IMG/VR virus record: IMGVR_UViG_3300017917_000952
Coordinates: 142,752 to 206,751 of that record
Reading direction: 5' to 3' (one strand)
DNA length: 64,000 bases
The number at the start of each line of letters is the position of its first letter. The stretch's first letter is position 1. This document shows, one piece after another, positions 21,083 through 31,239 of this stretch. Below the pieces are notes generated by a model. The model was not told the origin of the DNA and did not search any database. It saw only the letters and a list, made by a program, of their open reading frames with translations. Position numbers and translations under genes: made by a program.

Positions 21083-21841
21083 ATGACTGAGAACGAACTA
21101 GAACGCCAACGAGTTATTGACTATTGCAGAACTATGCTAGGTGATGGCATGGTTGATGTTGAGCTCGACCCTGCACATTACAACACTGCTATAGACAGAG
21201 CATTAGCAAAGTTTAGACAGCGTAGCAGCAACGCAGTAGAAGAAAGTTTCGGCTTTTTAACTATACAAGTTGACATAAACGAGTACGTTCTTCCAAAAGA
21301 AGTCATGAATGTGCGCCAACTTTTCCGTAGAAGTATTGGTAGCAGAAGCGGCGGCGGAGAAGGCGGTACGCTATTTGAACCGTTTAATCTAGCATATTCC
21401 AACACCTATTTGCTGGCCAGTTCTAACATGGGCGGCCTTGCAACTTATTATGCTTTTGCAAGTTATCAAAAGCAGGTAGGAAAGATGTTCGGTAGCGATA
21501 TTAATTTTACATTCAATAAAACTACAAAGGTCTTAACAATAATGCAGCGCCCCCGCGCTGAAGAAGAACTGTTGTTATGGATGTATAATCACAGGCCCGA
21601 CTTTAATCTTTTACAAGATCCTCAAGCAGGGCAATGGTTAAAAGACTACAGTCTTGCAACCTGCAAGTTAATGCTAGGCGAAGCCCGCGAAAAGTTCAAC
21701 AGTATTTCTAGCCCACAAGGCAGTACAAGTCTAAACGGTGCAGCACTCAAGGGAGAAGGCAAGGCCGAGCTCGAAGCACTAGAACAAGAATTGATCAACT
21801 ACAAAGACGGCGGAACCCCACTTACTTTTGTAATTGGATAA
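21083..21841 (+). CDS. Neck protein (gp13-like head-tail adaptor)
   Basis: YC...LG...VDVEL, WLKDYSLA..K..LG....KF and G..SLNG motifs of gp13. Confidence 0.75.
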   Translation: MTENELERQRVIDYCRTMLGDGMVDVELDPAHYNTAIDRALAKFRQRSSNAVEESFGFLTIQVDINEYVLPKEVMNVRQLFRRSIGSRSGGGEGGTLFEPFNLAYSNTYLLASSNMGGLATYYAFASYQKQVGKMFGSDINFTFNKTTKVLTIMQRPRAEEELLLWMYNHRPDFNLLQDPQAGQWLKDYSLATCKLMLGEAREKFNSISSPQGSTSLNGAALKGEGKAELEALEQELINYKDGGTPLTFVIG

Positions 21842-21843
21842 CA

Positions 21844-22587
21844 ATGACAAATTTTAAAGAAGACAGTGTCGTACTTGATACGATTAATCCAACTGAGCCA
21901 ACGTCTTCAACGTTATCAAACGGGCAGGTTATAGATCACAAGTGGTATCTAAAGGGCGGCGGCAACGATCACTATCCGTATTTTTTAAAAGCAATAGCCG
22001 GCACAGGAAAATCTCAGTATAACAGATGTTTTGAGTGGTGTAGCGGCCATGGCATTATAGGTTGGGAAATCCTTACAAGAAATCTGTGCAATGAATTGAC
22101 ATTTTCAGATTGCTACGACCTAGCAATAGATACCTGTTTAAAAAATGCAGTAAAACTAGGGTACCAAAATGTAGTTAGAGGATATGTAACTCCTACAATT
22201 ACAGGAATTCCTAAAACAGAAAAATGGGACTTAGTTGTAGGTAACCCTCCTAATTCTGGTGATGCTACTGGGTTCTTAAAGCAACAAGACACAGCAGGAC
22301 AGCCTCAAGAATTAGTAAATCTAGCAATAAGGATTACTGTAGACCAAGACTGGGAAGCACATAAAGATTTTTTTAAAAATATAAGCGACTATATAACAGA
22401 TGATGCAGATATATTTTTATCCATGCATGACACTATGTTCTTGATGATGGAAGAAGAAATTTATGGCCCAGAGGGGTTTTATGTAGTATCTATAACTGAT
22501 TTAAAATCCGACGATGGTGTGTATGTTACGGACCCGGGTTTAAAAATCGTCCACTTTAAGAAAAAAATCTTGACACCCTCAGTCTAA
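21844..22587 (+). CDS. SAM-dependent methyltransferase (HemK/amino-MTase-like)
   Basis: EWCSGHGIIG motif I; WDLVVGNPP motif IV. Confidence 0.7.
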   Translation: MTNFKEDSVVLDTINPTEPTSSTLSNGQVIDHKWYLKGGGNDHYPYFLKAIAGTGKSQYNRCFEWCSGHGIIGWEILTRNLCNELTFSDCYDLAIDTCLKNAVKLGYQNVVRGYVTPTITGIPKTEKWDLVVGNPPNSGDATGFLKQQDTAGQPQELVNLAIRITVDQDWEAHKDFFKNISDYITDDADIFLSMHDTMFLMMEEEIYGPEGFYVVSITDLKSDDGVYVTDPGLKIVHFKKKILTPSV

Positions 22588-22598
22588 GATAATAAATT
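22570..22598 (+). promoter_or_regulatory. Sigma70-type promoter for the dNMP kinase gene
   Basis: TTGACA-17-TAAATT; GGGGA RBS before 22622. Confidence 0.55.
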
Positions 22599-22621
22599 AT
22601 AGTATCACGCTAGGGGATGCT

Positions 22622-23293
22622 ATGATTATTGGTTTCGTTGGTTTTATCGGCAGCGGCAAAGACACAGCCGCAGATTATTTGGTTAATTTTCACGGATTTC
22701 GACGAGACAGTTTTGCTAACACACTTAAAGACGCGGTTGCAGCCGTATTTGGTTGGGACCGCGTTCTCTTGGAAGGGCGCACAAAAGAAGCGCGAGAGTG
22801 GAGAGAACAAGTAGACGAGTGGTGGGCAAACAGGCTAGGAATTCCAGAACTAACTCCTCGCTGGATTTTACAACGTTGGGGTACCGAAGTTTGTCGTAAG
22901 GGCTTTCACGACGATATCTGGATTGCCAGTGTAGAAAATAAGATGCGAAAAACAACTGACAACATTGTTATCAGTGATGTTCGCTTTCCTAACGAGATTC
23001 GTGCGATTCATAATGCAGGCGGGCTTGTTGTTCGTATTAAGCGAGGCCCTGAACCAGAATGGTATGAAGATGCTGTTAACATGAATGCTGGACGATCAAA
23101 CATGAGTTGGTTGATGAGTAAAACAAGGATGGAAAGCCTAGGAATTCATGCTAGTGAAACAGCATGGGTTGGTGGCGATATTGATCATGTTATCACCAAT
23201 GACAGTTCTATTGACGATCTGTTCACTCAGATTAGAAATCTGTTACCTAACGAGTTACCGTTTGAACAACAGGTAGTGCTCGATCTAATTTAA
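22622..23293 (+). CDS. Deoxynucleoside monophosphate kinase (T4 gp1-like)
   Basis: GFIGSGKDT P-loop, TPRWILQ.WGTE, VISDVRFPNE and HASE motifs. Confidence 0.9.
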   Translation: MIIGFVGFIGSGKDTAADYLVNFHGFRRDSFANTLKDAVAAVFGWDRVLLEGRTKEAREWREQVDEWWANRLGIPELTPRWILQRWGTEVCRKGFHDDIWIASVENKMRKTTDNIVISDVRFPNEIRAIHNAGGLVVRIKRGPEPEWYEDAVNMNAGRSNMSWLMSKTRMESLGIHASETAWVGGDIDHVITNDSSIDDLFTQIRNLLPNELPFEQQVVLDLI

Positions 23294-23625
23294 AAATCAG
23301 GGCGCAGGTCGCCCTGTTTCCATTTTATACCTTCCCGTTGTAGAGTACGTTGGCAGTTTGCACAGACTGTTTTGAGATTTGTAAAGCGACAATTCGTTAA
23401 ATTACCGTCTACGTGATAGACGTTGAACACTTCTTCATGCGGCGATTTCGCTCCGCACTTGTCGCAAATTTTCTTTTTTACATAACCTCTCAATGCCCAA
23501 AGAGGTTGCCCTTCTTCCCTATTTCTTGAGCAGTGGTCGCAGACAGACCTGTAGAACGGCTTGCCTTCTTTGTAGTAATTAATAGCCACTGGTCTTTTTT
23601 GACATTTTTTACATAGTTTACGCAT
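23290..23625 (-). CDS. Zn-finger / HNH-like protein
   Basis: Several CxxC pairs and HVDGNL.N....NL.TVCANC; start reassigned to MRKLC. Confidence 0.7.
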   Translation of the reverse strand: MRKLCKKCQKRPVAINYYKEGKPFYRSVCDHCSRNREEGQPLWALRGYVKKKICDKCGAKSPHEEVFNVYHVDGNLTNCRFTNLKTVCANCQRTLQREGIKWKQGDLRPDF

Positions 23626-23688
23626 TACCCCGCCCTTTTTCTGCCCTTTTACCCTTGTATTTAACCGGTACTTTTTACCACTTGTTGC

Positions 23689-23718
23689 TAAATATATCAA
23701 AGTGAATCCTTTAAGGAG
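23689..23718 (+). promoter_or_regulatory. Late promoter TAAATA plus TAAGGAG RBS for the tail sheath gene
   Basis: CTAAATA, then a short leader with a strong RBS. Confidence 0.6.
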
Positions 23719-23724
23719 TTTAAT

Positions 23725-26700
23725 ATGGCAACATTACAATCACCAGGCGTAAGCGTATCAGTTATAGATGAGAGTTTCTATACACCCGCAGGCGCCGGTA
23801 CAGTTCCGATGATCTTCGTAGCAACTGGTCAAGATAAACCAAATGCATCCGGAACTGGCATAGCGCAGGGAACAACAGCAGCGAACGCTGGTAAAGTTTG
23901 GGTAATTACAAGTCAACGTGACTTGTCCGATACATTCGGTGTACCTTACTTTGAAACAGATTCAAGTGGCAACCCTGTACACGGCGGAGAACTAAACGAA
24001 TACGGTCTACAAGCCGCATACAGCGCACTTGGAGTTAGTTCCAAGGCTTACATCGTTAGAGCAGACATTAACACTTCTGAACTAGCACCTAACCCTTCTA
24101 TTCCTGGCGGTACTCCTGTTAACGGAACATACTGGGTAGTTACTTCAAACACAGATTTCGGTATCAACGAGTGGAACGCAAGCACTAAGCGTTTCGTTAC
24201 TAAGACTCCTTTAATCATTGATAACACAAACGTTGAGCTAGATTTTGATCACCAGGCTGTTAGCCCAGCAGGTACAATAGGTCTACCAAGAACAGCGTTT
24301 GGAACTGTTGGCGACTACGCAGTTTTAGTAACCAGCGACAACGGTACCCAACACCCAGAAGGTGTATACTTCAAGTCTCCTACAAATGGATGGGTAGATG
24401 TGTTAGACGGATTTGACGGAGGTAAGGTTGTTAGACTAAGCGAACACTTTAATTATCCTAACTACACAAACGCAGGTCCTGGCGCACTAAATGCACCTAC
24501 AGGCAGCGTTTGGATCAAGACTACTGCACCGGGCATGGGCGCAAACTGGGACATTAGAAAGTACAATGCAAGCACAGACAACTGGGATCGTGTAAGTGCT
24601 CCTCTATATCCAAGCACACAGGCTGCACTAGCAGACCTAGACGGTGTAGGTGGTGGATCAAACATTCCATTAGGATCTGTATTTGTACAGTACGATCCAC
24701 AAGAAACAAACATGGCAGATTTCAGAAAGTGGATTCGTTATAAGTCCGGTCCTACTTCTGTATCAGTCGAAAGCGACTTCGTAGCCTCAGGAAACTGGGC
24801 ATTTGACCTTGTAGAAACTGACGAATTTGGTAACAAGAGTTCCACTGCCACATTCTCTGGTGTTGCATCTCCTGTTGTTTTAGTACAGAAAATTGCTGAA
24901 GCAATTAACAGTAACCTAAACCTAAAGTACACTAAGGCAAGCCATAACACTGTTACAAACAAACTAACTATTACACATAGTTTAGGTGGCGACATTCTAT
25001 TTGCAAATACCGTTGGTCAGCCTTTAGTTGATATCGGATTTGTAGGTGGCAACGTTCCTGAAATCGAAGGCAACATTGCAAACCTATATACCTACAGCGG
25101 CGCATATTGGGACGTCCTTGCTTCTAACTGGAAACCTCTAGTCTACGAAGCACAGGAAACTGCACCAACTACAGCACCAGATGATGGCCAACTATGGTTC
25201 GACAGTGACCTATCCGCAGACATCATGTACAATGATGGGCTACAGTGGGTTGGTTACCTAAACGCATTCCCAGGATCCGATCCAAAAGGTCCTACAATCA
25301 GCGCAACCAAGCCAACTACACAACAAGACGGTGTTACACCTTTAGTTGACGGTGATATTTGGATTGACACTAGCGATCCAGACAAGTACGGTAGAAACAT
25401 TTATGTTTACAATAGCGGTGCTTGGGAAATGGCTGACGTAACCGATCAATCTAGCCCAGACGGTTGGGTATTTGAAGACGCACGTTGGTCCGTCAACGGT
25501 GAAACTGACCTAAGAGCAGATATCGAGGACCTATTACTAAGTGACTATGTTGATCCTGATTGTCCAGATCCACGCCTATATCCACGTGGCACACGACTAT
25601 TCAACACACGCCGTAGCGGTAACAACGTCAAGCGTTATTTTGCAAACTACATCGATCCAGATGTAGAAAATACACGTTATAATGACGAAGGTATGGCCGG
25701 TTACTTCCTAGGTCGCTGGGTAAGTGCAAGTCCAAATGCACCAGACGGTGCAGGCCAGTTTGGTCGTCTTGCACAGCGTAGTGTAGTTGTTAAGGCTCTA
25801 AAAGAAGAAATTGCAAGCAATACTACAATTAGAGATACTGATACACTAGTATTCAACTTGATTACTACCCCAGGTTACCCTGAAGTAATTCAGAACATGG
25901 TTGCATTTAACATTGACCGAGGCTTAACAGCGTTTGTCATTGGTGATACACCATTCCGTCTACCAGCAACTGGAACAGCATTAACAAACTACGGTATGAA
26001 CACCGCAGGTGTTGTTGACAACAACGACGAAGGTGCTGTTACATACGATACTAGCCTAGCAATGTACTACCCAAGCGGTTATACAAATGACAACCTAGGC
26101 AATGCTATTGTTGTTCCGCCAAGTCACGTTATGCTACGTACATATCTAAACAGCGACAACAAGAGCTATCTATGGTTTGCACCAGCAGGTACACGTCGAG
26201 GTGTTGCTGACAACGTAAGTAGTGTAGGTTACATTACTGGCGAGGGCGAATTCCAGACTGCAAGTCTACACCAAGGACTACGCGATGTTTGTGCAGGTGT
26301 TAAGATTAACCCAATCGCAACAATTCCAGGTGTTGGCATTGTTACCATGGGTCAGTACACTCGTGCAAGCGTAGCCAGCGCATTAGATCGAGTTAACGTA
26401 AGTCGTTTAATTGCTCACCTACGTAGACAACTTTCTATCCTTGCTAAACCATACTTGTTTGAACCAAACGATTCTCAAACAAGACAAGAAATCAAGGCAG
26501 CATGTGATGCTCTAATGACAGAATTAGTAAGTCAACGTGCTCTATACGACTTCTTGGTTGTCTGTGACGGAACAAACAACACACCGGCAAGAATTGATCG
26601 TAGCGAACTATGGGTTGATATCGCTATCGAACCAGTGAAGGCTGTAGAGTTTATCTACATTCCTTTACGTATATTGAACACCGGTGAAATATCCGCATAA
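23725..26700 (+). CDS. Contractile tail sheath protein (gp18-like) with large insertion domains
   Basis: N-terminal SPGVSV...DES; C-terminal WFAPAG..RG, INPI, DRVNV.RL, FEPND, NTP..ID, EFIYIP. Confidence 0.92.
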   Translation: MATLQSPGVSVSVIDESFYTPAGAGTVPMIFVATGQDKPNASGTGIAQGTTAANAGKVWVITSQRDLSDTFGVPYFETDSSGNPVHGGELNEYGLQAAYSALGVSSKAYIVRADINTSELAPNPSIPGGTPVNGTYWVVTSNTDFGINEWNASTKRFVTKTPLIIDNTNVELDFDHQAVSPAGTIGLPRTAFGTVGDYAVLVTSDNGTQHPEGVYFKSPTNGWVDVLDGFDGGKVVRLSEHFNYPNYTNAGPGALNAPTGSVWIKTTAPGMGANWDIRKYNASTDNWDRVSAPLYPSTQAALADLDGVGGGSNIPLGSVFVQYDPQETNMADFRKWIRYKSGPTSVSVESDFVASGNWAFDLVETDEFGNKSSTATFSGVASPVVLVQKIAEAINSNLNLKYTKASHNTVTNKLTITHSLGGDILFANTVGQPLVDIGFVGGNVPEIEGNIANLYTYSGAYWDVLASNWKPLVYEAQETAPTTAPDDGQLWFDSDLSADIMYNDGLQWVGYLNAFPGSDPKGPTISATKPTTQQDGVTPLVDGDIWIDTSDPDKYGRNIYVYNSGAWEMADVTDQSSPDGWVFEDARWSVNGETDLRADIEDLLLSDYVDPDCPDPRLYPRGTRLFNTRRSGNNVKRYFANYIDPDVENTRYNDEGMAGYFLGRWVSASPNAPDGAGQFGRLAQRSVVVKALKEEIASNTTIRDTDTLVFNLITTPGYPEVIQNMVAFNIDRGLTAFVIGDTPFRLPATGTALTNYGMNTAGVVDNNDEGAVTYDTSLAMYYPSGYTNDNLGNAIVVPPSHVMLRTYLNSDNKSYLWFAPAGTRRGVADNVSSVGYITGEGEFQTASLHQGLRDVCAGVKINPIATIPGVGIVTMGQYTRASVASALDRVNVSRLIAHLRRQLSILAKPYLFEPNDSQTRQEIKAACDALMTELVSQRALYDFLVVCDGTNNTPARIDRSELWVDIAIEPVKAVEFIYIPLRILNTGEISA

Positions 26701-26714
26701 TTAAGGAGCATTAA

Positions 26715-27353
26715 ATGCCAATCGCAAGTTTATCAAGATTCTCTGTGCCGTTAGCCACAGATCAAAGCGCAAGTAACCAAGGCTTACTAATGCCTAAGTT
26801 ACCGTACCGCTTCCGTGTAACACTAGTTGATTTCGGCGTAGGCGGGGCTCCTGCCACCGAATTGACTAAACAGGTTGTAACAGTAGATCGACCAAAACCA
26901 AGTTTTGAAGAAATCTCTTTACACGTTTATAACAGCGTCGTAAAACTAGCAGGTAAGCCTAAGTGGGAAGACATCAAGTTGAAACTACGTGATGATATGA
27001 CCAACCTTGTTACTAACAAGGTAGGCGAACAGATGCAGAAGCAGTTCGACTTCTTCGAACAGAGTTCTGCTGCATCTGGTCTAGACTATAAGTTTACAAC
27101 TTATATCGAACTACTAGACGGCGGTAACGGCGGCTATGCTCCAGTTCCTTTAGAAACATTCGAACTACAAGGTTGCTGGATCAAGGCTGTAAGTTATGAC
27201 GGCGGTGACTATGCCAAGAGCAACGAAGCACTAGGTATCGAACTAACACTATGTTACGATAACGCTCTACAGACAGTGGGAATTAACGGTGGCCTAATCG
27301 GTATCGGTAGCCCAGTTGGTAGAACAGTTGGTACAACCGCAATCGGTAGTTAA
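26715..27353 (+). CDS. Tail tube protein (gp19-like)
   Basis: Follows the sheath gene; P...YRFRV, GK..W..I....RDD, L.GCW...V...DY and L.YD motifs; AAGGAG RBS. Confidence 0.8.
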   Translation: MPIASLSRFSVPLATDQSASNQGLLMPKLPYRFRVTLVDFGVGGAPATELTKQVVTVDRPKPSFEEISLHVYNSVVKLAGKPKWEDIKLKLRDDMTNLVTNKVGEQMQKQFDFFEQSSAASGLDYKFTTYIELLDGGNGGYAPVPLETFELQGCWIKAVSYDGGDYAKSNEALGIELTLCYDNALQTVGINGGLIGIGSPVGRTVGTTAIGS

Positions 27354-27371
27354 TCCAACACTAACACAAAG

Positions 27372-27398
27372 AAAGCCCGGCAAACACCGGGCTTTTTT
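27372..27398 (+). terminator. Intrinsic terminator
   Basis: AAAGCCCGG-caaaca-CCGGGCTTTTTT. Confidence 0.85.
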
Positions 27399-27415
27399 AT
27401 TGGATAAATAATTTC

Positions 27416-28447
27416 ATGTCAGACGCATTTAATAATTTCTTGAGTGGTGGCCCTACTACCTCAACTGAAAAACGAACATATAAAAGTTACGCTCATGCGA
27501 CTAACTTTTATGCTCAAGGTAGAGCCCTCACGAAAGTACCTAAATTAGGGTTTATATATTTTATATCCTTTAATTTAGCACAAGAAGTAGGAGTAAAATT
27601 TGCAGATCACGTTAGAAAAGATTTGGGGTTCCTTGCTAAGAAAGTTGATCTTCCTAAGTTTAAGATTACTACACAAACCGTTAATCAGTACAACAGAAAA
27701 ACCAACGTCCAGACAAAACTAGCATATGACCCGATTAGTATCGACTTTCATGATGATACTAGCGAGATAACTTCAGCATTATGGAGAGCCTACTACGACT
27801 TTTATTATGCTGACGGTCGACAACCCGACGGACAATTTAGTACAGCATTTTCGGGCGATACTAAACTTGATTCTACAAACAATTCGTATGGTTACAGCAA
27901 AGGTAGTGGCCCAACTTCTTTCTTTAGTTCTATAGATATTTTTGTATTAAATCAAGGCAGATTTAGTCAATACAGTATTTCTAATCCGTTAATTACTTCT
28001 TGGGACCACGATACATTAGAGCAGTCTAACGGTACAAAAGTTCTTCAAAACAAGATGTCTTTAACCTACGACAGTGTTGTGTATTCACAGGGATTCATTA
28101 GGGGTAGCGAGAATCAAGCAGTTACTGGATCGTTCGAAGCCGTCTGGTACGATAAGGATGCTAACCTACCTTTCGGTTATAACGATCCTCTAAAACAGGT
28201 AATCAAACCATTTGTACCACAATACCCTACACCGTCCCCGCCGGGTCTGTCACAGAGCCAACTTGACAAACTATCAACTCAGGTCCCAACATATAGACCA
28301 CCGAGACCAATTGGCGCAGGAACATTTGGCCTTTCGTCTATTAGACCACCTAAGCCATTTAGCATTGATGTATGGTACGGTTATGGCGGATTACACGGCC
28401 GAGCAACTGTAAATGCGGGGCCTGTAAGACTTGTATTAAAGAAATAA
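27416..28447 (+). CDS. Tail-tube-like / baseplate-tube junction protein
   Basis: KVDLPK, NQYNRK, Y.PI.I.FHDD and M.L.YD tube-fold signature. Confidence 0.6.
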   Translation: MSDAFNNFLSGGPTTSTEKRTYKSYAHATNFYAQGRALTKVPKLGFIYFISFNLAQEVGVKFADHVRKDLGFLAKKVDLPKFKITTQTVNQYNRKTNVQTKLAYDPISIDFHDDTSEITSALWRAYYDFYYADGRQPDGQFSTAFSGDTKLDSTNNSYGYSKGSGPTSFFSSIDIFVLNQGRFSQYSISNPLITSWDHDTLEQSNGTKVLQNKMSLTYDSVVYSQGFIRGSENQAVTGSFEAVWYDKDANLPFGYNDPLKQVIKPFVPQYPTPSPPGLSQSQLDKLSTQVPTYRPPRPIGAGTFGLSSIRPPKPFSIDVWYGYGGLHGRATVNAGPVRLVLKK

Positions 28448-28448
28448 A

Positions 28449-28805
28449 ATGTACAATAACATTCCATCACCTTCGAAGTCTCCAGCGGCTGTTGCCTATT
28501 CGAATTCTTATGAAAGGCCTACTGAGCTTGAAACAAATACCTTTAACATAATGAAGGGATTTTTTGAAGCAAGGGGCTTTGACAAACTATCAGCCGAAAG
28601 CATTGCTGTAACATTCATTAAACAGGCACAAATGGATAGTTACAATCCTTTAGAAATTATAGATACATTAAAAACATTTGATGCTCCTAAACTAAATTCT
28701 GTTGTAACAGAAGTATTAAATTACAACAGATTCAAAAGCAGTTATTTAGGAAGCACAAAAGGTCTTCAACCCTTCGAACCAGTATCAAGAAATATAGTGG
28801 TATGA
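28449..28805 (+). CDS. Hypothetical (probably virion) protein
   Basis: 118-aa ORF in the morphogenesis operon. Confidence 0.55.
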   Translation: MYNNIPSPSKSPAAVAYSNSYERPTELETNTFNIMKGFFEARGFDKLSAESIAVTFIKQAQMDSYNPLEIIDTLKTFDAPKLNSVVTEVLNYNRFKSSYLGSTKGLQPFEPVSRNIVV

Positions 28806-29245
28806 GTTTAAAATACGCTAAGGGCGTGTATCAATTGCGCCACCCCGAAAAATATATAGGAACAAAACAGCCTATCTATCGCAGCGGATGGGAACACACA
28901 TTTATGATGTTCTGCGATAACAATCCCGGTATACAGGAATGGGCTAGTGAGCCGGTCAAAATACCTTACAGAGATCCGCTAACAGGACGACAGACAGTAT
29001 ATGTTCCTGATTTCTTAATTAAGTACATTGATCGCAATCAAAAAGCACATGTTGAAATGGTTGAAATTAAACCGGCAAAACAACAGATCCTAGAAAAAGT
29101 TGGTAAAAATCCCTATGATCAAGCACAGTACGTAAAGAACATGGCCAAATGGGAAAGTGCAACGGCTTGGTGTAGAAGCAGAGGTATTCGCTTTCGTGTA
29201 ATTAATGAGTCTGATATTTTCCAGAATCAAGGTAAAAAGCGATAA
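28802..29245 (+). CDS. Head completion nuclease (T4 gp4 / TnsA-N-like)
   Basis: P.KY.G, YRSGWE..FM.FCD.N, W.SE...IPY, YVPDF and EIKP motifs. Confidence 0.88.
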   Translation: MSLKYAKGVYQLRHPEKYIGTKQPIYRSGWEHTFMMFCDNNPGIQEWASEPVKIPYRDPLTGRQTVYVPDFLIKYIDRNQKAHVEMVEIKPAKQQILEKVGKNPYDQAQYVKNMAKWESATAWCRSRGIRFRVINESDIFQNQGKKR

Positions 29246-29253
29246 GTAAAGTT

Positions 29254-29730
29254 ATGACTAAAAAGTTAGAAGAAGTTTTTAACCTGCCACAAGAACCCGT
29301 AATCGAGCCTTCTGTTGAAGATACTACTGCACCTATTCCTGTAATAGACCTTCAAGAAAAACTAGAAGAATTTGATAAGATTGCAGCAGCACTACCTAAG
29401 GTAAAGGGGTTAGGGGATCTAGCCGATGCAGAGTTAGATGCACTAGCAGCGAAAGCAGAAGAAGCCTATGACAACTTAATGGATTTAGGCATGAACGTAG
29501 ATGCACGATATGGTGCAAGAATGTTCGAAGTTGCAGCACAGATGATGAATGCCGCAATTGTTGCTAAAACTAATAAGATTGATAAAAAGTTAAAAATGGT
29601 CGATCTGCAATTAAAGAAACTAGCCATTGATAAGAAAAACGGCGGATCTAACGAAACTGTTGAGGGTGAAGGTTATATCCTAACAGATAGGAATAGCATC
29701 CTAGAAAAACTAAAGAATTTGAATAAATAA
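29254..29730 (+). CDS. Putative terminase small subunit
   Basis: Helical protein with R.FEVA..M and a C-terminal DRN.IL..L; upstream of the large terminase. Confidence 0.5.
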   Translation: MTKKLEEVFNLPQEPVIEPSVEDTTAPIPVIDLQEKLEEFDKIAAALPKVKGLGDLADAELDALAAKAEEAYDNLMDLGMNVDARYGARMFEVAAQMMNAAIVAKTNKIDKKLKMVDLQLKKLAIDKKNGGSNETVEGEGYILTDRNSILEKLKNLNK

Positions 29731-29736
29731 TACACT

Positions 29737-30330
29737 ATGAAAAACTTCAAAGAATACCTTCAAGAAAGTGCTCAGCAGAAAAAATACGAATTTCGTGTTA
29801 AGGTTGCTGGTGACTTTACTACCGAGCAAGAGACAAAGTTAAAGTCTATGCTTGAGCGTTTTCAAGTTAACGCATTTAAAAAAGTAGGAGTTACTCCTAT
29901 TCAAGCACTTCCATTAGACTTTCCGCAAGTTAAAAATTGTGAAGTTAACATCTACGAAGTTACATTAGATTATCCTACTACACAGCAGGAACTAACAGAA
30001 TACTTAACATCTGGTCTAGAAGTCAGCAAGCAACGTTTAGTTGTTCGTCGACCAGGTGAACCGAGTGAAGAATACCAACACGAAGAACCAAAGCGTGAAG
30101 GTGCTCTATTAAACGATCCGGATTATAAAGAAGCAGGTAACCCTCAATTTGAAGATTACTTTGGCGACAAATATAACAGCGGCTTTGTGAAAGAACTTAA
30201 CGATCTATTAAAACTAGAGCGTAAGGCACGTGGCGAAGAAATTCCTACAGAAAGTGCTGCTAAGTTCAATACAGATAGTCCGGCTAACACAACTAGCCCA
30301 ATGCAGGCTGCTAAGGATCCAAGGAAATAA
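29737..30330 (+). CDS. Hypothetical head-associated protein
   Basis: MK.FKEYL.E N-terminus resembles T4-like prohead-protease-cleaved head proteins. Confidence 0.5.
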   Translation: MKNFKEYLQESAQQKKYEFRVKVAGDFTTEQETKLKSMLERFQVNAFKKVGVTPIQALPLDFPQVKNCEVNIYEVTLDYPTTQQELTEYLTSGLEVSKQRLVVRRPGEPSEEYQHEEPKREGALLNDPDYKEAGNPQFEDYFGDKYNSGFVKELNDLLKLERKARGEEIPTESAAKFNTDSPANTTSPMQAAKDPRK

Positions 30331-30332
30331 TT

Positions 30333-31184
30333 ATGCAAATGATCGACGTATTAAAGCGTTTAGCCCAACTAGATGCTAAGAACCCAAATGTAATTAAAGA
30401 AGGCGCACAGGTACAAGAGTGCGGTCCAATGGGAATGATGGACAGTATGCCTGGTATGGGAATGGACAAGCCTTCTGTTCCTGCAAACTTCAGTATTAAT
30501 GCTTCTGCTGCATCAGGCAATGAAGTTGCAGACATGATGTCGCAGATTCTTACCCTAGCAGGTATGAAGTCCGTTAGCGCAGACGACCTAGGCAATGAAC
30601 CTCAAGGCGCATTAGTAACAGCAGAACCTACAATGGCTGTTGGTCCTATGGCTGCTGAGCCAATGCCAAGTGCTGCCGATAGTATGCGTAGTGTTCTAGA
30701 TAAACTAAATCCAGAAGCCGGTGATGATGAAAAAGAATTAGGTCCTTTCCAGGGCGACAGCGGCGACGATGTTTCAAAAGATCACGGCGACGTAGATAAT
30801 GACGGCGACCATGACATGGACGACCACGAAGCAGAAAAGAAAGAGAAGGTAGACGAGTTCGATAACGAACCTGCTGACCCTAACGAAAAAACTTCTGCTG
30901 ATGCAAATAGATTTGCACACCAAGAAAATCAACCAGGTAGCGGCAATACCAGTGATGGTGAAAAACGTCAAAACAATTTACCAACAGCAACGTTTGAAAA
31001 CTTAATGAACGAATACAAAAAGTTTATTGGCGAATCTGAAGGTGACGAGGAAGTTGAAGAAGCAAAGAAAGAGGAAGAACTAGATGAAGGTACTTGCTCT
31101 ACATGCCACAAAGATCCTTGTGCTTGCGACGACAAAGTTGACGAAGGAACATTAGATATCCTTAAGTTAGCAGGTCTAAAGTAA
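30333..31184 (+). CDS. Acidic low-complexity protein (possible scaffold/internal head protein)
   Basis: Highly acidic; C-terminal ILKLAGLK motif shared with 32832..34817. Confidence 0.5.
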   Translation: MQMIDVLKRLAQLDAKNPNVIKEGAQVQECGPMGMMDSMPGMGMDKPSVPANFSINASAASGNEVADMMSQILTLAGMKSVSADDLGNEPQGALVTAEPTMAVGPMAAEPMPSAADSMRSVLDKLNPEAGDDEKELGPFQGDSGDDVSKDHGDVDNDGDHDMDDHEAEKKEKVDEFDNEPADPNEKTSADANRFAHQENQPGSGNTSDGEKRQNNLPTATFENLMNEYKKFIGESEGDEEVEEAKKEEELDEGTCSTCHKDPCACDDKVDEGTLDILKLAGLK

Positions 31185-31198
31185 GTTACTTTAACCAT

Positions 31199-31225
31199 AA
31201 TAGCCCCTTCGGGGGCTATTCTTTT
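31199..31225 (+). terminator. Intrinsic terminator with C(UUCG)G tetraloop
   Basis: AATAGCCCC-TTCG-GGGGCTATT-CTTTT. Confidence 0.88.
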
Positions 31226-31239
31226 CAGTAAATACGGAT

